A stretch of DNA of 64,000 nt from positions 448,001 to 512,000 of the forward strand of contig CBDCSU010000005.1 of NCBI GenBank assembly GCA_965221775.1. Direction: 5' to 3'. Shown here piece by piece: positions 1 to 12,743 of the stretch. The DNA comes from Candidatus Latescibacterota bacterium. Lineage in GTDB: Bacteria > Latescibacterota > UBA2968 > UBA8231. Under the pieces are notes generated by a model, which saw only the letters and a program-made list of their open reading frames with translations, ran no database searches and was not told the origin of the DNA. Made by a program: the position numbers and the translations under genes. Within the stretch, counting starts at the first letter, position 1; every line of letters starts with the position of its first letter.

Positions 1-7
1 TTGACCC

Positions 8-406
8 ATGTCTGCCAGCGCAAACGCACGTATCGCCCGCGAGTCCCTCGAAGCCGCCTTCGCCTCTGACTGGAAGCGCCTCCGCGAAACCTACGCCGAC
101 GACGCGACCATGGTCGGCGGCGGACTCGACATCCGCGGCGCGGATGACATGGTGGCCCTCTGGCGGGGCTGCCACGAGGAAGAGCGGGACCTGCGGCTCG
201 AGATTCTCAACGTCGTCGCCGGCGATGAGATGGTCGCCGTGGAGTTCCGCCACAGGGGCATTGTGAACCAGCTTCTTCCCGGAATGTCCGAAACGTTGCT
301 TGGAAAACGTCTGGTAGCGACCGAGGTGCACATGTGCCGGGTTCAAGACGGGAAGATCACCGCCGTGACCATCTATGGCGGTGTGAGCGAGACTTTCGAC
401 GTCTGA
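8..406 (+). CDS. SnoaL-like / NTF2-family protein (ester cyclase-like)
   Basis: 132 aa; pattern YADDA...IRGADD...VAGDEMVAVEF...VQDGKIT fits the NTF2/SnoaL fold. Confidence 0.75.
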   Translation: MSASANARIARESLEAAFASDWKRLRETYADDATMVGGGLDIRGADDMVALWRGCHEEERDLRLEILNVVAGDEMVAVEFRHRGIVNQLLPGMSETLLGKRLVATEVHMCRVQDGKITAVTIYGGVSETFDV

Positions 407-449
407 CGGGTCTGGCTGAATGGGGAAGCCGGCCTCCGAGGGGGAAACC

Positions 450-1271
450 ATGAGCGACCACACGGCCGCGCCCGTGCCGATGACGGAAGAGCAGAAGTTC
501 TTCTACGACCTCCAGGGTTGGATCCTGTTGCCTTCGGTGCTGTCCGAAGCGGAAATCGAAGCGATGAAGGCCGAGGTCTACGACGGCGCCAGACAGAGCT
601 ACCAGGGTGCCCTGCAGGAGCTGCTGGACCATCCGGCGGTGACCGGCATCCTCACCGAACTCCTCGCGGAAGAGCCGTTCCTCGGGGACGACTACCACAG
701 CTTCCGCTGCGAGGGCTCCTTCATCACCGTGCGGCACGCCGGCTGGAAGAGCGACGGGGAGGGCACCGGCCTGCCGCACGTGGTGCGGCCTCCGCAACAG
801 GCCAACGCCATGCGCTACCAGGTTGCGGGCAGCAAGATCTTCTCCGGGCTCACCCGGGTGGTGTGGGAGCTTGAAGAGGTGAAAGCCGGCCAGGGGGGCA
901 CCACCTTTCTCTCCGGCTCCCACAAGGCCCACTTCAACTACGGCGGCCCCGACCCCAACCGGCCCAACATCGGCGAGTCTCCCTGGGAGGAAGGCATGCG
1001 CGCGGCCATGGCCCAGTACAGCTGCCCGCCCGGCTCGGCCATCATCTTCACCGAGAGCCTGCTGCACGCCGCCAACGACTGGCGCAACACGGACAATCCG
1101 CGCTGCGCCGTGTTCAACTGCTACAACTCCCTGTGGGCCCAATGGCACCGACTCAACCTGAGCCACGAGGTCATCGAGGCCATGCCGCCCAAGCGCCGCT
1201 CCTTGTTCCGCGGCACGTGGCAGCTGGGCGGAGAGAATCACGCCTATTCGCTGGACAATCGTTCGATCTGA
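450..1271 (+). CDS. Phytanoyl-CoA dioxygenase (PhyH) family Fe(II)/2OG oxygenase
   Basis: EEQKFFYDLQGW N-terminus, GGTTFLSGSHK, PGSAIIFTESLLH and R..VF motifs; ATG at 450 after GAGGGGG RBS. Confidence 0.85.
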   Translation: MSDHTAAPVPMTEEQKFFYDLQGWILLPSVLSEAEIEAMKAEVYDGARQSYQGALQELLDHPAVTGILTELLAEEPFLGDDYHSFRCEGSFITVRHAGWKSDGEGTGLPHVVRPPQQANAMRYQVAGSKIFSGLTRVVWELEEVKAGQGGTTFLSGSHKAHFNYGGPDPNRPNIGESPWEEGMRAAMAQYSCPPGSAIIFTESLLHAANDWRNTDNPRCAVFNCYNSLWAQWHRLNLSHEVIEAMPPKRRSLFRGTWQLGGENHAYSLDNRSI

Positions 1272-1291
1272 ATGGCGAGGAGAGGTCCAGG

Positions 1292-1762
1292 ATGGACTGG
1301 AACCGGCTCTCCCCTTTCGTCGAAACGCCGCTCCGGGCGTGCCTGGCGATCGTGGCCGTCAACGCGGCGCTGATCCTGGTCTCCGAGCCCATCTTCCAGG
1401 CTCTCGGGGTCGTCTCCAGCGGGTGGGCGGCCGATCAACAGCTCGCTTCCGCCTTCTTCCTCTTCCTGCTCTTCGTCGCCGGTTCGATCGGCGTGTGGCA
1501 TCTCTTCGGGCGCCTGCTGCGAGGCCGCTTCACGATCGTGCAGCGCCTGTCCACCGCCGCCGTCGGAGTCCTTCCCATCATCGCCGCCGCCTGGCTCGCC
1601 GAGGCCCGCGCCGAAGGCGCCATGTGCGGAATCCTGGGCGCCTATGTGACCGGTGTGGGCGCCGGCGTGACGGCCTTTCTCACGGTTATGATCGCCAGCG
1701 GCATCGACCCCCGCTTCGACCTGGACTCCGGCGGCCGGCGATCGCCCACGCCCTCCGCCTGA
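1292..1762 (+). CDS. Hypothetical membrane protein (about 4 TM helices)
   Basis: ATG 1292 after GGAGAGG; four hydrophobic segments. Confidence 0.65.
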   Translation: MDWNRLSPFVETPLRACLAIVAVNAALILVSEPIFQALGVVSSGWAADQQLASAFFLFLLFVAGSIGVWHLFGRLLRGRFTIVQRLSTAAVGVLPIIAAAWLAEARAEGAMCGILGAYVTGVGAGVTAFLTVMIASGIDPRFDLDSGGRRSPTPSA

Positions 1763-1775
1763 TCCACCCTGCCCC

Positions 1776-4978
<3,203 letters not shown>

Positions 4979-4989
4979 GCTGCCGCCAA

Positions 4990-5016
4990 GGCGGGGCGCT
5001 CGATGGGCGCCCCGCC
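4990..5016 (+). terminator. GC-rich hairpin after katG (no U tract)
   Basis: GGCGGGGCGCTC-GAT-GGGCGCCCCGCC, 12-bp stem with one G-U pair, about 11 nt after the stop. Confidence 0.45.
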
Positions 5017-5153
5017 GCCGCCGGTCCTCGGCCAGGGGCTCCGCCCGCTGACAGATCGTTCCACCCGACCCTCCAGGAATTCCAGGGCGCGCGCCGGTCC
5101 ACCGGCGAGTTCGTCGCCCGCGCCTCCGCCTCATTGCCTTGTTGCCGAACACG

Positions 5154-5534
5154 ATGATGCCCACCGCCCGCGAAACGGTGCAGGCCTATTTCGACTCCCT
5201 TGTCACGGGAGATGCGGAAACCCTCGCTGCAATGATGCTGCCTGCGTCGCACTACGTGAAGATCGGTACCGACGCCGACGAAGTTGTGGAGGGAAGCGCA
5301 GAGATCGCGGCGTACTACCGGGACCACGCCGCCAGCGCGGAGGACTTCAGCATCGAGTTCATCAAACTCGACGTGCACGAGCGGGACCACGTTGCCTGGT
5401 TCTACACGCGCCAAGTCTGGCGGCTCGAATGGCGAGGGGCGAGGGAGGAGTTCGTGATGCGGATGACGGGCGTCCTCGAGAGGACCGGCGAGTCGTGGCT
5501 GTTTGCGCAGATCCACGCCTCGATCGGTGCATAG
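5154..5534 (+). CDS. SnoaL-like / NTF2-family protein
   Basis: IGTDADEVVEG, RMTGVLER...W..AQIHAS pattern; start uncertain (5139/5154/5157). Confidence 0.8.
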   Translation: MMPTARETVQAYFDSLVTGDAETLAAMMLPASHYVKIGTDADEVVEGSAEIAAYYRDHAASAEDFSIEFIKLDVHERDHVAWFYTRQVWRLEWRGAREEFVMRMTGVLERTGESWLFAQIHASIGA

Positions 5535-5623
5535 CCGCGCGGGGTCCGCACGGTCCATCGGTACGCGCCCGCTACGGATGACGGAGACCCGCGGGCCGGC
5601 TATTATGTGGCGGGGAGGACATC

Positions 5624-7975
5624 ATGGAATTCGTCGACAACGACTATTGGTGGAAGAGCCTGGTCCTGGACTGCCCCGAGGGCGCGGCGGACCTGACGGC
5701 GCGGGTCCAGGTGCGCCAGCCCCAGGGATACGTGCAGGAGCTGACGGTGGACGAGGTCGAGGTGCGCGGCGGCAAGGCCCGCGTCCCCATCCTCTATCCG
5801 CTGGTCGACGACGGGCGCTACGACCCCAAGCACGGCTTCTGGCAGGAGGGCTGGGTCATGGGCGAGTACCGCTTCGACGTGCAGCTCATGGCCGGGGACC
5901 GCATGATCGCCGCCGAGACCACCACCCTCGACGCCAGGAGCTTCTTCCCCTCCGACCGCTGGCTCATCGCCGTCGACGCCCGGCCGCAGATCATCGAGTG
6001 CGCGCCCCGGCAGGCCCTGTTCGTCGACGAGGACGAGGCCCGCTTCCTCTACCGCATCCGCCGTCACCGCGTCAGCCGCTGCGAGGTGGAGGTGGACGTC
6101 ACCACCCGCGAAGGCACCGTCCCCCTGGCCGGCCCCTGGCGCCTGGAACTCACCCACGAGCTGCAGGAGCACTCCTTCTCCATCGCCGGGTGGGGCACCG
6201 GCGAGTACTGGATCCGCCTGCGGCCGGTGGTGGAGGGCGAGCCCGTGGGCCCTTGGTGCGTGCGCAAGATCTGGAGGCAGGTCGACGCCGGTCCGGCGCC
6301 GCCGGAGGTGCTGGAGCTGGCCGGCTATCCCGAGGTGCTGGTCGACGACTACAGCTTCGACGAAGTCGAGGGCATCCAGTTCGTCCCCGACACCCTGGAC
6401 AAGAGCCCCGGGCCCCTGGCGGCCACCACCGAGCCCCACGACGAGGAGATGCTGCGCATCGAGTCGATCGGCTGGAACCAGGAGGCCGGGCGCTACGAGG
6501 CGGTCTACGCAAACAGCGGCGGACGGGTCGAGCGCAAGGAGAGGCGCGAGGAGCTGAGCCGCCTGCGCATGCTGCAGGTCAGCGAGGACGGCGTGAGCTG
6601 GGAGAAGCCCTCCCTCGGGCTCGTGGAGTACGACGGCTCGACGGCCAACAACATCCTCAGCGACGAGCCCGAACCCACCCCCGCGCAAGAGGAGACCGCC
6701 CACGCCCTGGAGCACGCCGAGTTCCGCTTCTACGACGCCGAGAGGGACGGCCCCGTCGACCTGGACCGCGTCTTCATCGCCTCGGCCAAGGAGGACTTCC
6801 CCTTCGACTGCAGGAGCCTCCAGGGCGACGCGGACGAGGAGACCGAGGTCTTCCGCCCCACCAAGGGGGAGTTCTGGTCCCTCGAGCAGCGCGGCGACCT
6901 CTACCTCGTGCTCACGCGGGAGCCGGTCCTCTACCTCGGCGTCGGCATGGATCTGATGCACACGAGCGAGACGATCCGCTGCCACGTGGAGGAGTCGGAC
7001 GGCGGGCGCCTGCACTTCTACTTCCGCCCCGCCTCGCCCGCCTACCTGCCCCACGGCGTCACCTACGACAACATGCACCTGGCCCTGCGCTGCCTGGCGG
7101 TCATGTCCACCGCCGACGGCATCACCTACGAGCGCCGCTTCGTCCTGGGGCCCGACGGCCACGACCGCCTGGGGTCGCAGTTCTACGCCATGGGGCTCAT
7201 GCAGCGTCTCGGCACGACGGGCGACGCCCCGGGCCGCACCGTGCTGGCCAGGGGGAAGCACAAGATCAACCAGGCCTTCCCGCGGCGGAACCTCTACCTC
7301 GGCTCGGTGCTGCTCCACTGGGGGATCGAGCAGACCCAGGAGCCGGAGCTGATCTGGACCCGCGACCTGCTGCACTTCAAGCGCTTCACCCGGCACCGGC
7401 GCAGCCTCATCGAGTCCAACGGCCCGGGCTCCTACGACTTCGGCATGATCCGCGACCAGTACAAGTACAGCGAGTTCGGCGGCCAGTGGTGGTACTACTA
7501 CACGGCGATCAACACCCGCCACAACGGCTACGGGATCATGGCGCGGGAGACGGACCTGGACGAGCTGCGCCGCACCCGCCCCAACCACGCCGAGGCCCCC
7601 TACTTCACCACTTGGGAGGGCTACTGGGCCGACGGCAAGCAGACGAAGTACCAGCCGGCCTGCGCCCGCTGCCGGCCCTTCCGAGTGGCCCACGCCGAGC
7701 CCGTCGACGGCAGCGGCCGCCTCCTCACGCGCCCCATCCGGGTGGACGGCGACGAGCTGCGCCTCAACGCGGCCACTGATGGGGGCGGCTCCATCCGCGT
7801 CGAGCTGACCGACGAAGCGGGCGAGCCCCTGGGACCGGAACCCGCCATCTTCGAGGGCGACGACGTGGACGCCGTGGCGGCCGACCTGGCCCCCTGGCGC
7901 GGACAGGCGGTGCGCCTGCGGTTCACCCTCGACCGGGCCCGCCTCTACGCCTTCCGGATCGCCCCGCGGGAGTGA
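5624..7975 (+). CDS. Large hypothetical protein with glycoside hydrolase-like beta-propeller and C-terminal beta-sandwich
   Basis: Asp-box-like SEDGVSWEKPSLG and STADGITY; C-terminal LRLNA..GGGSIRVEL...RLRFTLDRARLYAF shared with 18640..20187; GGAGG RBS. Confidence 0.6.
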   Translation: MEFVDNDYWWKSLVLDCPEGAADLTARVQVRQPQGYVQELTVDEVEVRGGKARVPILYPLVDDGRYDPKHGFWQEGWVMGEYRFDVQLMAGDRMIAAETTTLDARSFFPSDRWLIAVDARPQIIECAPRQALFVDEDEARFLYRIRRHRVSRCEVEVDVTTREGTVPLAGPWRLELTHELQEHSFSIAGWGTGEYWIRLRPVVEGEPVGPWCVRKIWRQVDAGPAPPEVLELAGYPEVLVDDYSFDEVEGIQFVPDTLDKSPGPLAATTEPHDEEMLRIESIGWNQEAGRYEAVYANSGGRVERKERREELSRLRMLQVSEDGVSWEKPSLGLVEYDGSTANNILSDEPEPTPAQEETAHALEHAEFRFYDAERDGPVDLDRVFIASAKEDFPFDCRSLQGDADEETEVFRPTKGEFWSLEQRGDLYLVLTREPVLYLGVGMDLMHTSETIRCHVEESDGGRLHFYFRPASPAYLPHGVTYDNMHLALRCLAVMSTADGITYERRFVLGPDGHDRLGSQFYAMGLMQRLGTTGDAPGRTVLARGKHKINQAFPRRNLYLGSVLLHWGIEQTQEPELIWTRDLLHFKRFTRHRRSLIESNGPGSYDFGMIRDQYKYSEFGGQWWYYYTAINTRHNGYGIMARETDLDELRRTRPNHAEAPYFTTWEGYWADGKQTKYQPACARCRPFRVAHAEPVDGSGRLLTRPIRVDGDELRLNAATDGGGSIRVELTDEAGEPLGPEPAIFEGDDVDAVAADLAPWRGQAVRLRFTLDRARLYAFRIAPRE

Positions 7976-9216
7976 CGGCGGTGGCGTCAGCCGGAGCCCA
8001 TCCCCCGGACCCGGGCGCGAGAGCTGACGCGGCGCCGGACCGGGAGGTGGTCCTCACCCTGGACCACGGCGTGCTTCTCATGCACGACCCCCGGGCCGCC
8101 GAGGCCGCCTACATCGACGAGATCTTCGAGAAGGCCCGCCGCCGCGGCATCGGGACGATCCTCTGGCGGACCCTGGCCGGGGCCCGGGGCCTCTACCGCA
8201 GCCGCTCCGTGCCGAGCATGGCGGACCAGTCCGAGGCGTGGGAGCAGCTGCTGGCGCGCATCGATCCCCTCGAGGCCGCCGTCGACAGCGCCCGGCGCCA
8301 CGGCCTCCGCCTCTTCGCCTGGGCGACCCTGCAGGACTTCCACATCGTCCGCGACTGGGGCGTGCGCAACACCTCCCCCTTCTTCGACGAGCGCCCCCAC
8401 CTCTACTGGTCCGGCGCCGACAGCACGAGCCGCCACCCCGGCATCCCCTGCTACGCCTACGAGGAGGCCCGCCGCTACTACCTGGACCACCTCGCGGAGG
8501 TGCGGGAGTACGGCGTGGACGGCCTCTTCGTCTGCTTCCGCAGCCACGCCGGCGAGCCGGCCGAGGACGACGCCTTCGGCTACAACGAGCCGTGGCTGGA
8601 GCAGCTGCGCGAGGAGACCGGGGTCGACGCCCGGCCCGGGCGCATCCGCGAGCTCCCCTGGCTGGCGTGGCGCCTGCAGAGGATCCGCGGCGACTCGTAC
8701 ACGGTGCTGCTGAGGGAGGTCCGCCAGGCGGCCGGGGACCTGCCCGTCTGGGTGAGCACCTCGGAGGAGCCGGACATCCTCATCGCCGGCCACTCGGAGA
8801 GGGAGAACCCCGGCCGCGCCCTTCACAGGGCCCGCATCGATCTGAGCCGCTGGTGCCGGGAGGACCTGGTGGACGCGGTGGTGGTGGTCACCAGCCGCCT
8901 CAACCCCTGCGACCCGTCGGTGGCCGAGATCTGGCGCGACACGACGGCGCGCTTCGGCAAGAAGCTCTACACCTGGCTGAACATGATCTGCCACTTCCAC
9001 GACCGGGAGGGCCAGCTCGCCAAGCGGACCCCGACGCCGGAGGAGTTGCGCGGCATCGTGCTGGCTGGGCGGCGCTGCCGCATCGACGGCCTGGTCCTGC
9101 ACGAGACGGCGGACCTGGAGACCTCCTACCGGAGGGAGGTCGTCGACGGCGAGAGGCAGGTGGTCAACGAGCCCCATGCGGACCGCGAGGCCCAGTGGGA
9201 CGCCCTCGCCCCTTGA
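7972..9216 (+). CDS. Glycoside hydrolase-like TIM barrel (GHL10/DUF187-like)
   Basis: IGTILWR, DPLEAAVDSARRHGLRLFAW, YGVDGLF; GTGA overlap with the upstream stop. Confidence 0.6.
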   Translation: MTAVASAGAHPPDPGARADAAPDREVVLTLDHGVLLMHDPRAAEAAYIDEIFEKARRRGIGTILWRTLAGARGLYRSRSVPSMADQSEAWEQLLARIDPLEAAVDSARRHGLRLFAWATLQDFHIVRDWGVRNTSPFFDERPHLYWSGADSTSRHPGIPCYAYEEARRYYLDHLAEVREYGVDGLFVCFRSHAGEPAEDDAFGYNEPWLEQLREETGVDARPGRIRELPWLAWRLQRIRGDSYTVLLREVRQAAGDLPVWVSTSEEPDILIAGHSERENPGRALHRARIDLSRWCREDLVDAVVVVTSRLNPCDPSVAEIWRDTTARFGKKLYTWLNMICHFHDREGQLAKRTPTPEELRGIVLAGRRCRIDGLVLHETADLETSYRREVVDGERQVVNEPHADREAQWDALAP

Positions 9217-9263
9217 GATCGCCATCGTCGCCGGGGCCGCGCCGCTCCCGGTGCGGCCGGCGC

Positions 9264-12200
9264 ATGCAATGGGCGGCCCAAGCAGCAGTCTTGGGCCTGG
9301 TCGGCGCTCTCGCCTTTGGCGCCTGTGGCCGCGATTCTCCGCTGGGGGGCGCCGGGGGGGTCGCCATCCCAGATGCCAACCTGCGCGCGGCCATTGCAGG
9401 CGCCCTCGGCAAGTCGGGAGAGGCGCCGATCACCGTCGACGAGATGGCGTCCCTGACGCGCCTTGGCGCATCAAGCTCAGCCATTCGCGATCTGACCGGA
9501 CTGGAATTCGCAACCAGCCTGACGCGGCTGTCTCTTGGCGACAACTCCATTTCGGACTTGACGCCTCTCGCCGGACTGACCAACCTGACCGATCTGTGGC
9601 TTTGGGACAATGATCTCTCGGATTTGGCGCCGCTGGCCAGGTTGACAAACCTGACGCGGCTGATCCTCTCCAGCACCGGTGTCTCGGAATTGGCGCCTAT
9701 CGCCGGCCTGACAAACCTGACGGAACTGTCTCTCGGCAATAGCGCCCTTGCGGATCTGACCCCCCTCGCCGGACTGACCAGCCTCACACGGCTGTCCCTC
9801 GGCGCAAACTCCATTGCGGACCTCACGCCCCTCGCCGGGCTCACCAGCCTGACAGGGCTGTCCCTCGGCGCAAACTCCATTGCGGACCTCACGCCCCTCG
9901 CCGGGCTCACCAGCCTCACATGGCTGTCCCTTGGCGCAAACTCCATTGCGGACCTCACCCCCCTCGCCGGACTGACCAGCCTGACAGGGCTGTCCCTGCC
10001 TGACAACAGCGTCTCGGACCTGACACCCCTTGCCGGGCTGATCGAACTGAGGAGGCTGGAACTTGGCGACAACTCCATCGTGGATCTGACACCCCTCGAC
10101 GCGCTGACCGAACTGACCGAACTGCGCCTCGAGAACAACAGTATCTCGGACCTCACCGGTCTCGACGGGCTGACCAACCTGGCAAGGCTGTATCTCAACG
10201 TGAACTCCATTGCCGATATCGCCCCCCTCGCGGGGCTGACCAACCTGGCGACGCTCTGGCTTGGCGACAATGAAATCTCCGACTTGACGCCTCTGGCGGG
10301 ACTGACAAACCTGACCGAGCTGCGGCTCGAGAACAACAGCATCTCGGATCTCGCGCCGTTGGTGGAAAATACGGGACTGGGCTTGGGAAACTGGATCGAT
10401 GTGCGGGGCAACCCGCTGAGCGACAGATCGATCAACACTCACATTCCGGCCCTTCAAGCCAGAGGGGTGATCAGCGATGGCGATGGAGGGGAGACGCCCC
10501 TTTCCATGCCCGACGCTGCACTGCACGCGGCCATCGCCAACGAGATTGGCAAGGCGAGCAACGAGCCGATCACCGCCCGTGAGATGACGGCTTTGGATCA
10601 CCTTTTCGCGCTCGAGTCGGATATTCACGAGTTGACGGGGCTCGAGTACGCGATCAACCTGACAACACTGCAGCTCTATGGCAACCGCGTCTCGGACCTG
10701 ACGCCCCTCGCCGGGCTTACCAACCTGGAAGAGCTCTATCTTCGCCGCAACTCCATTGAGGATCTGACACCGCTCGCCGGGCTGACCAACCTGACGGAGC
10801 TCTACCTTTACCACAACAAGGTCTCGAATCTGACACCGCTCGCCGGATTGACCAGCCTGACCGAACTGGACCTCGACTACACCGGCGTCCGGGATCTGAC
10901 GCCCCTCGCCGGCCTGATCAACCTCAAAGAGCTCCATCTTCGCACCAACTCCATTGCGGACCTGTCCCCTCTCGCCGGACTGGTCCAACTGACGACGCTC
11001 TATCTCTCATACAACAACGTCTCGGATCTGACACCGCTTTCTGGATTGACCAACCTGACGGAACTGGAGCTTGACTTCAACGGCCTCTCCGACCTGACAC
11101 CCATCGCTGGATCGACCAGCCTGACCGAACTGGACCTTGAAGGCAACGCAGTCTCCGACATCCGGCCCCTCGTCGGCCTGACCAACCTCATCACCCTGAA
11201 GCTCGGCGGCAACTCTATCTCCGAGGTGCCCGCCGGGTTGTTCGCAGGCTTCGCTGACCTCGAAAGGCTTGATCTGGCCAGCAACCCGGGGGCCCCCTTC
11301 GCCTTCACCCTCGAACTCGAGCGCACGGACACGGCCAACCGGCTGGCTCCAGCCCCCGCCGGTGTGGCGGTGCAACTGGCGGAGGGAGCACCGTTCGAGA
11401 TGACCGTAGCCCTGTCGGTACACAACGGCTCGGCCTCGGTTGCCTCGCTAACGATCGGCGCCGGCGACACCACAAGCACCCCAACCCAAGTCACGGCGCC
11501 CGGCGGCTCGTCAACCGCGACTCATGTTGTCCTGGACCATGGGCCTCTGATTCCCAGCGGGTTCACGGGCGTTGAGGTTTTCACCGGCAGCCCGCTGGTT
11601 CTCTTCGCCGAATCCGACGACCACTTTCCGGTGGCCGAAGCAGAGATTCCACCTCACGTCCTGCAAGTGGGTGGCCCGAAGCCGGCACTGGACGTGAGAG
11701 CGTACTTCTCGGACGCCGACGGCGACGAACTGGTGTACTCGGCGACGTCGAGGGACGACCACCTGGTCGGCACCCGAGTGAAGGGGGGCATGGTAACCTT
11801 GACCCCCCGTGCGGAAGGCCATGCTTTGGTTGCCGTTTCCGCGACCGATCTCAATGGATGGCGCGCATCCCAGGAGTTTCCCGTAACGGTGCTGTCGGCT
11901 CCCGATCCTCATTCCTTCGACATCGACCTCGTATTCGTCGGGCCCACTACGGAGGACTTCCGTTCAGCGGCCCTCCAGATGGCAGAGCGCTGGACCGAAG
12001 TCATCACGGACGACCTGCGGGATGTCCCCGTACCCGACAACACCGTCGATTGCCCGTGGGAACATCGTTTCCATGGGACCGTGGATGATCTTGTGGTCTT
12101 CGTGGAAGTCGAGTCCCTCACTCGTGCTGCGGGGATCGCGGATCTGTGCCGGACGCGCGACAGGTATTCCCCATACAAGGCAAGGAGGTACCCGGGGCAC

Positions 12201-12725
12201 CTGGGTTCCTCCCTGCCCCTTATGGGGTACATTGCACTGGACACGGATGTGGTGGCCCGGGGCACAGAGGCCTGGGGCAGGGAGCGATTGGAGCAGGTGA
12301 TCCTTCACGAGATAGGACATGTCCTGGGAATCGGGACCTCATGGCATGATTTCGGCTTTGTGCAGGACAGCGGCGGCTCCGACCCCCACTTCAACGGCCC
12401 GCTGGCCATAGAGGCCTTCGACGCGGCCGGAGGCACGAACTACACGTCAGGGGCAAAGGTGCCCGTCACCTCCCGCGGAAGCCATTGGAGATTCTGGGGC
12501 GAACTCATGTCCCCAAGTGGCAGCCCCGCTCTCAGCGCCATCACGGTTCAGTCCCTGGCCGATCTCGGCTATGTCGTCGATGTCAGCCGCGCCGACCCGT
12601 TCCAACTGCCGGGCTCGGCCAAGGCGATTGCGGGACCGGGCCTCGATCTCCACGACGACATCCTCCAGGGGCCGATAGAGGTGGTCGACGAGGCTGGGCA
12701 CGTCGTCCGCGTGATCCACCGATGA
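9264..12725 (+). CDS. Lipoprotein with two internalin-like LRR arrays, Ig/cadherin-like domain and leishmanolysin-like (M8) zinc metallopeptidase
   Basis: Lipobox LAFGAC; 22-aa LxxLxLxxNxIxDLxPLAG repeats; FSDADGDELVYS; HEIGHVLGIG...SHW...ELMSP...LADLGY. Confidence 0.85.
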   Translation: MQWAAQAAVLGLVGALAFGACGRDSPLGGAGGVAIPDANLRAAIAGALGKSGEAPITVDEMASLTRLGASSSAIRDLTGLEFATSLTRLSLGDNSISDLTPLAGLTNLTDLWLWDNDLSDLAPLARLTNLTRLILSSTGVSELAPIAGLTNLTELSLGNSALADLTPLAGLTSLTRLSLGANSIADLTPLAGLTSLTGLSLGANSIADLTPLAGLTSLTWLSLGANSIADLTPLAGLTSLTGLSLPDNSVSDLTPLAGLIELRRLELGDNSIVDLTPLDALTELTELRLENNSISDLTGLDGLTNLARLYLNVNSIADIAPLAGLTNLATLWLGDNEISDLTPLAGLTNLTELRLENNSISDLAPLVENTGLGLGNWIDVRGNPLSDRSINTHIPALQARGVISDGDGGETPLSMPDAALHAAIANEIGKASNEPITAREMTALDHLFALESDIHELTGLEYAINLTTLQLYGNRVSDLTPLAGLTNLEELYLRRNSIEDLTPLAGLTNLTELYLYHNKVSNLTPLAGLTSLTELDLDYTGVRDLTPLAGLINLKELHLRTNSIADLSPLAGLVQLTTLYLSYNNVSDLTPLSGLTNLTELELDFNGLSDLTPIAGSTSLTELDLEGNAVSDIRPLVGLTNLITLKLGGNSISEVPAGLFAGFADLERLDLASNPGAPFAFTLELERTDTANRLAPAPAGVAVQLAEGAPFEMTVALSVHNGSASVASLTIGAGDTTSTPTQVTAPGGSSTATHVVLDHGPLIPSGFTGVEVFTGSPLVLFAESDDHFPVAEAEIPPHVLQVGGPKPALDVRAYFSDADGDELVYSATSRDDHLVGTRVKGGMVTLTPRAEGHALVAVSATDLNGWRASQEFPVTVLSAPDPHSFDIDLVFVGPTTEDFRSAALQMAERWTEVITDDLRDVPVPDNTVDCPWEHRFHGTVDDLVVFVEVESLTRAAGIADLCRTRDRYSPYKARRYPGHLGSSLPLMGYIALDTDVVARGTEAWGRERLEQVILHEIGHVLGIGTSWHDFGFVQDSGGSDPHFNGPLAIEAFDAAGGTNYTSGAKVPVTSRGSHWRFWGELMSPSGSPALSAITVQSLADLGYVVDVSRADPFQLPGSAKAIAGPGLDLHDDILQGPIEVVDEAGHVVRVIHR
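9750..10040 (+). repeat. Near-identical 66-bp coding tandem repeats (LRR units)
   Basis: GCTGTCCCTCGGCGCAAACTCCATTGCGGACCTCAC recurs almost unchanged at 9791, 9857 and 9923 (period 66). Confidence 0.95.
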
Positions 12726-12743
12726 GAGCAGGAGGAGCCTGAA

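Noticed and set aside
8238-9263. 1495-aa ORF suggesting a long N-terminal extension of the LRR protein
   Set aside because: The extension is Arg/Pro/Gly-rich off-frame sequence of the GHL10-like gene; the lipoprotein signal begins at 9264.
9490-11290. Regular repeats as a possible CRISPR array or DGR target
   Set aside because: The period is 66 nt in frame (LRR), there are no unique spacers, no cas or reverse transcriptase gene, and variation is not adenine-specific.
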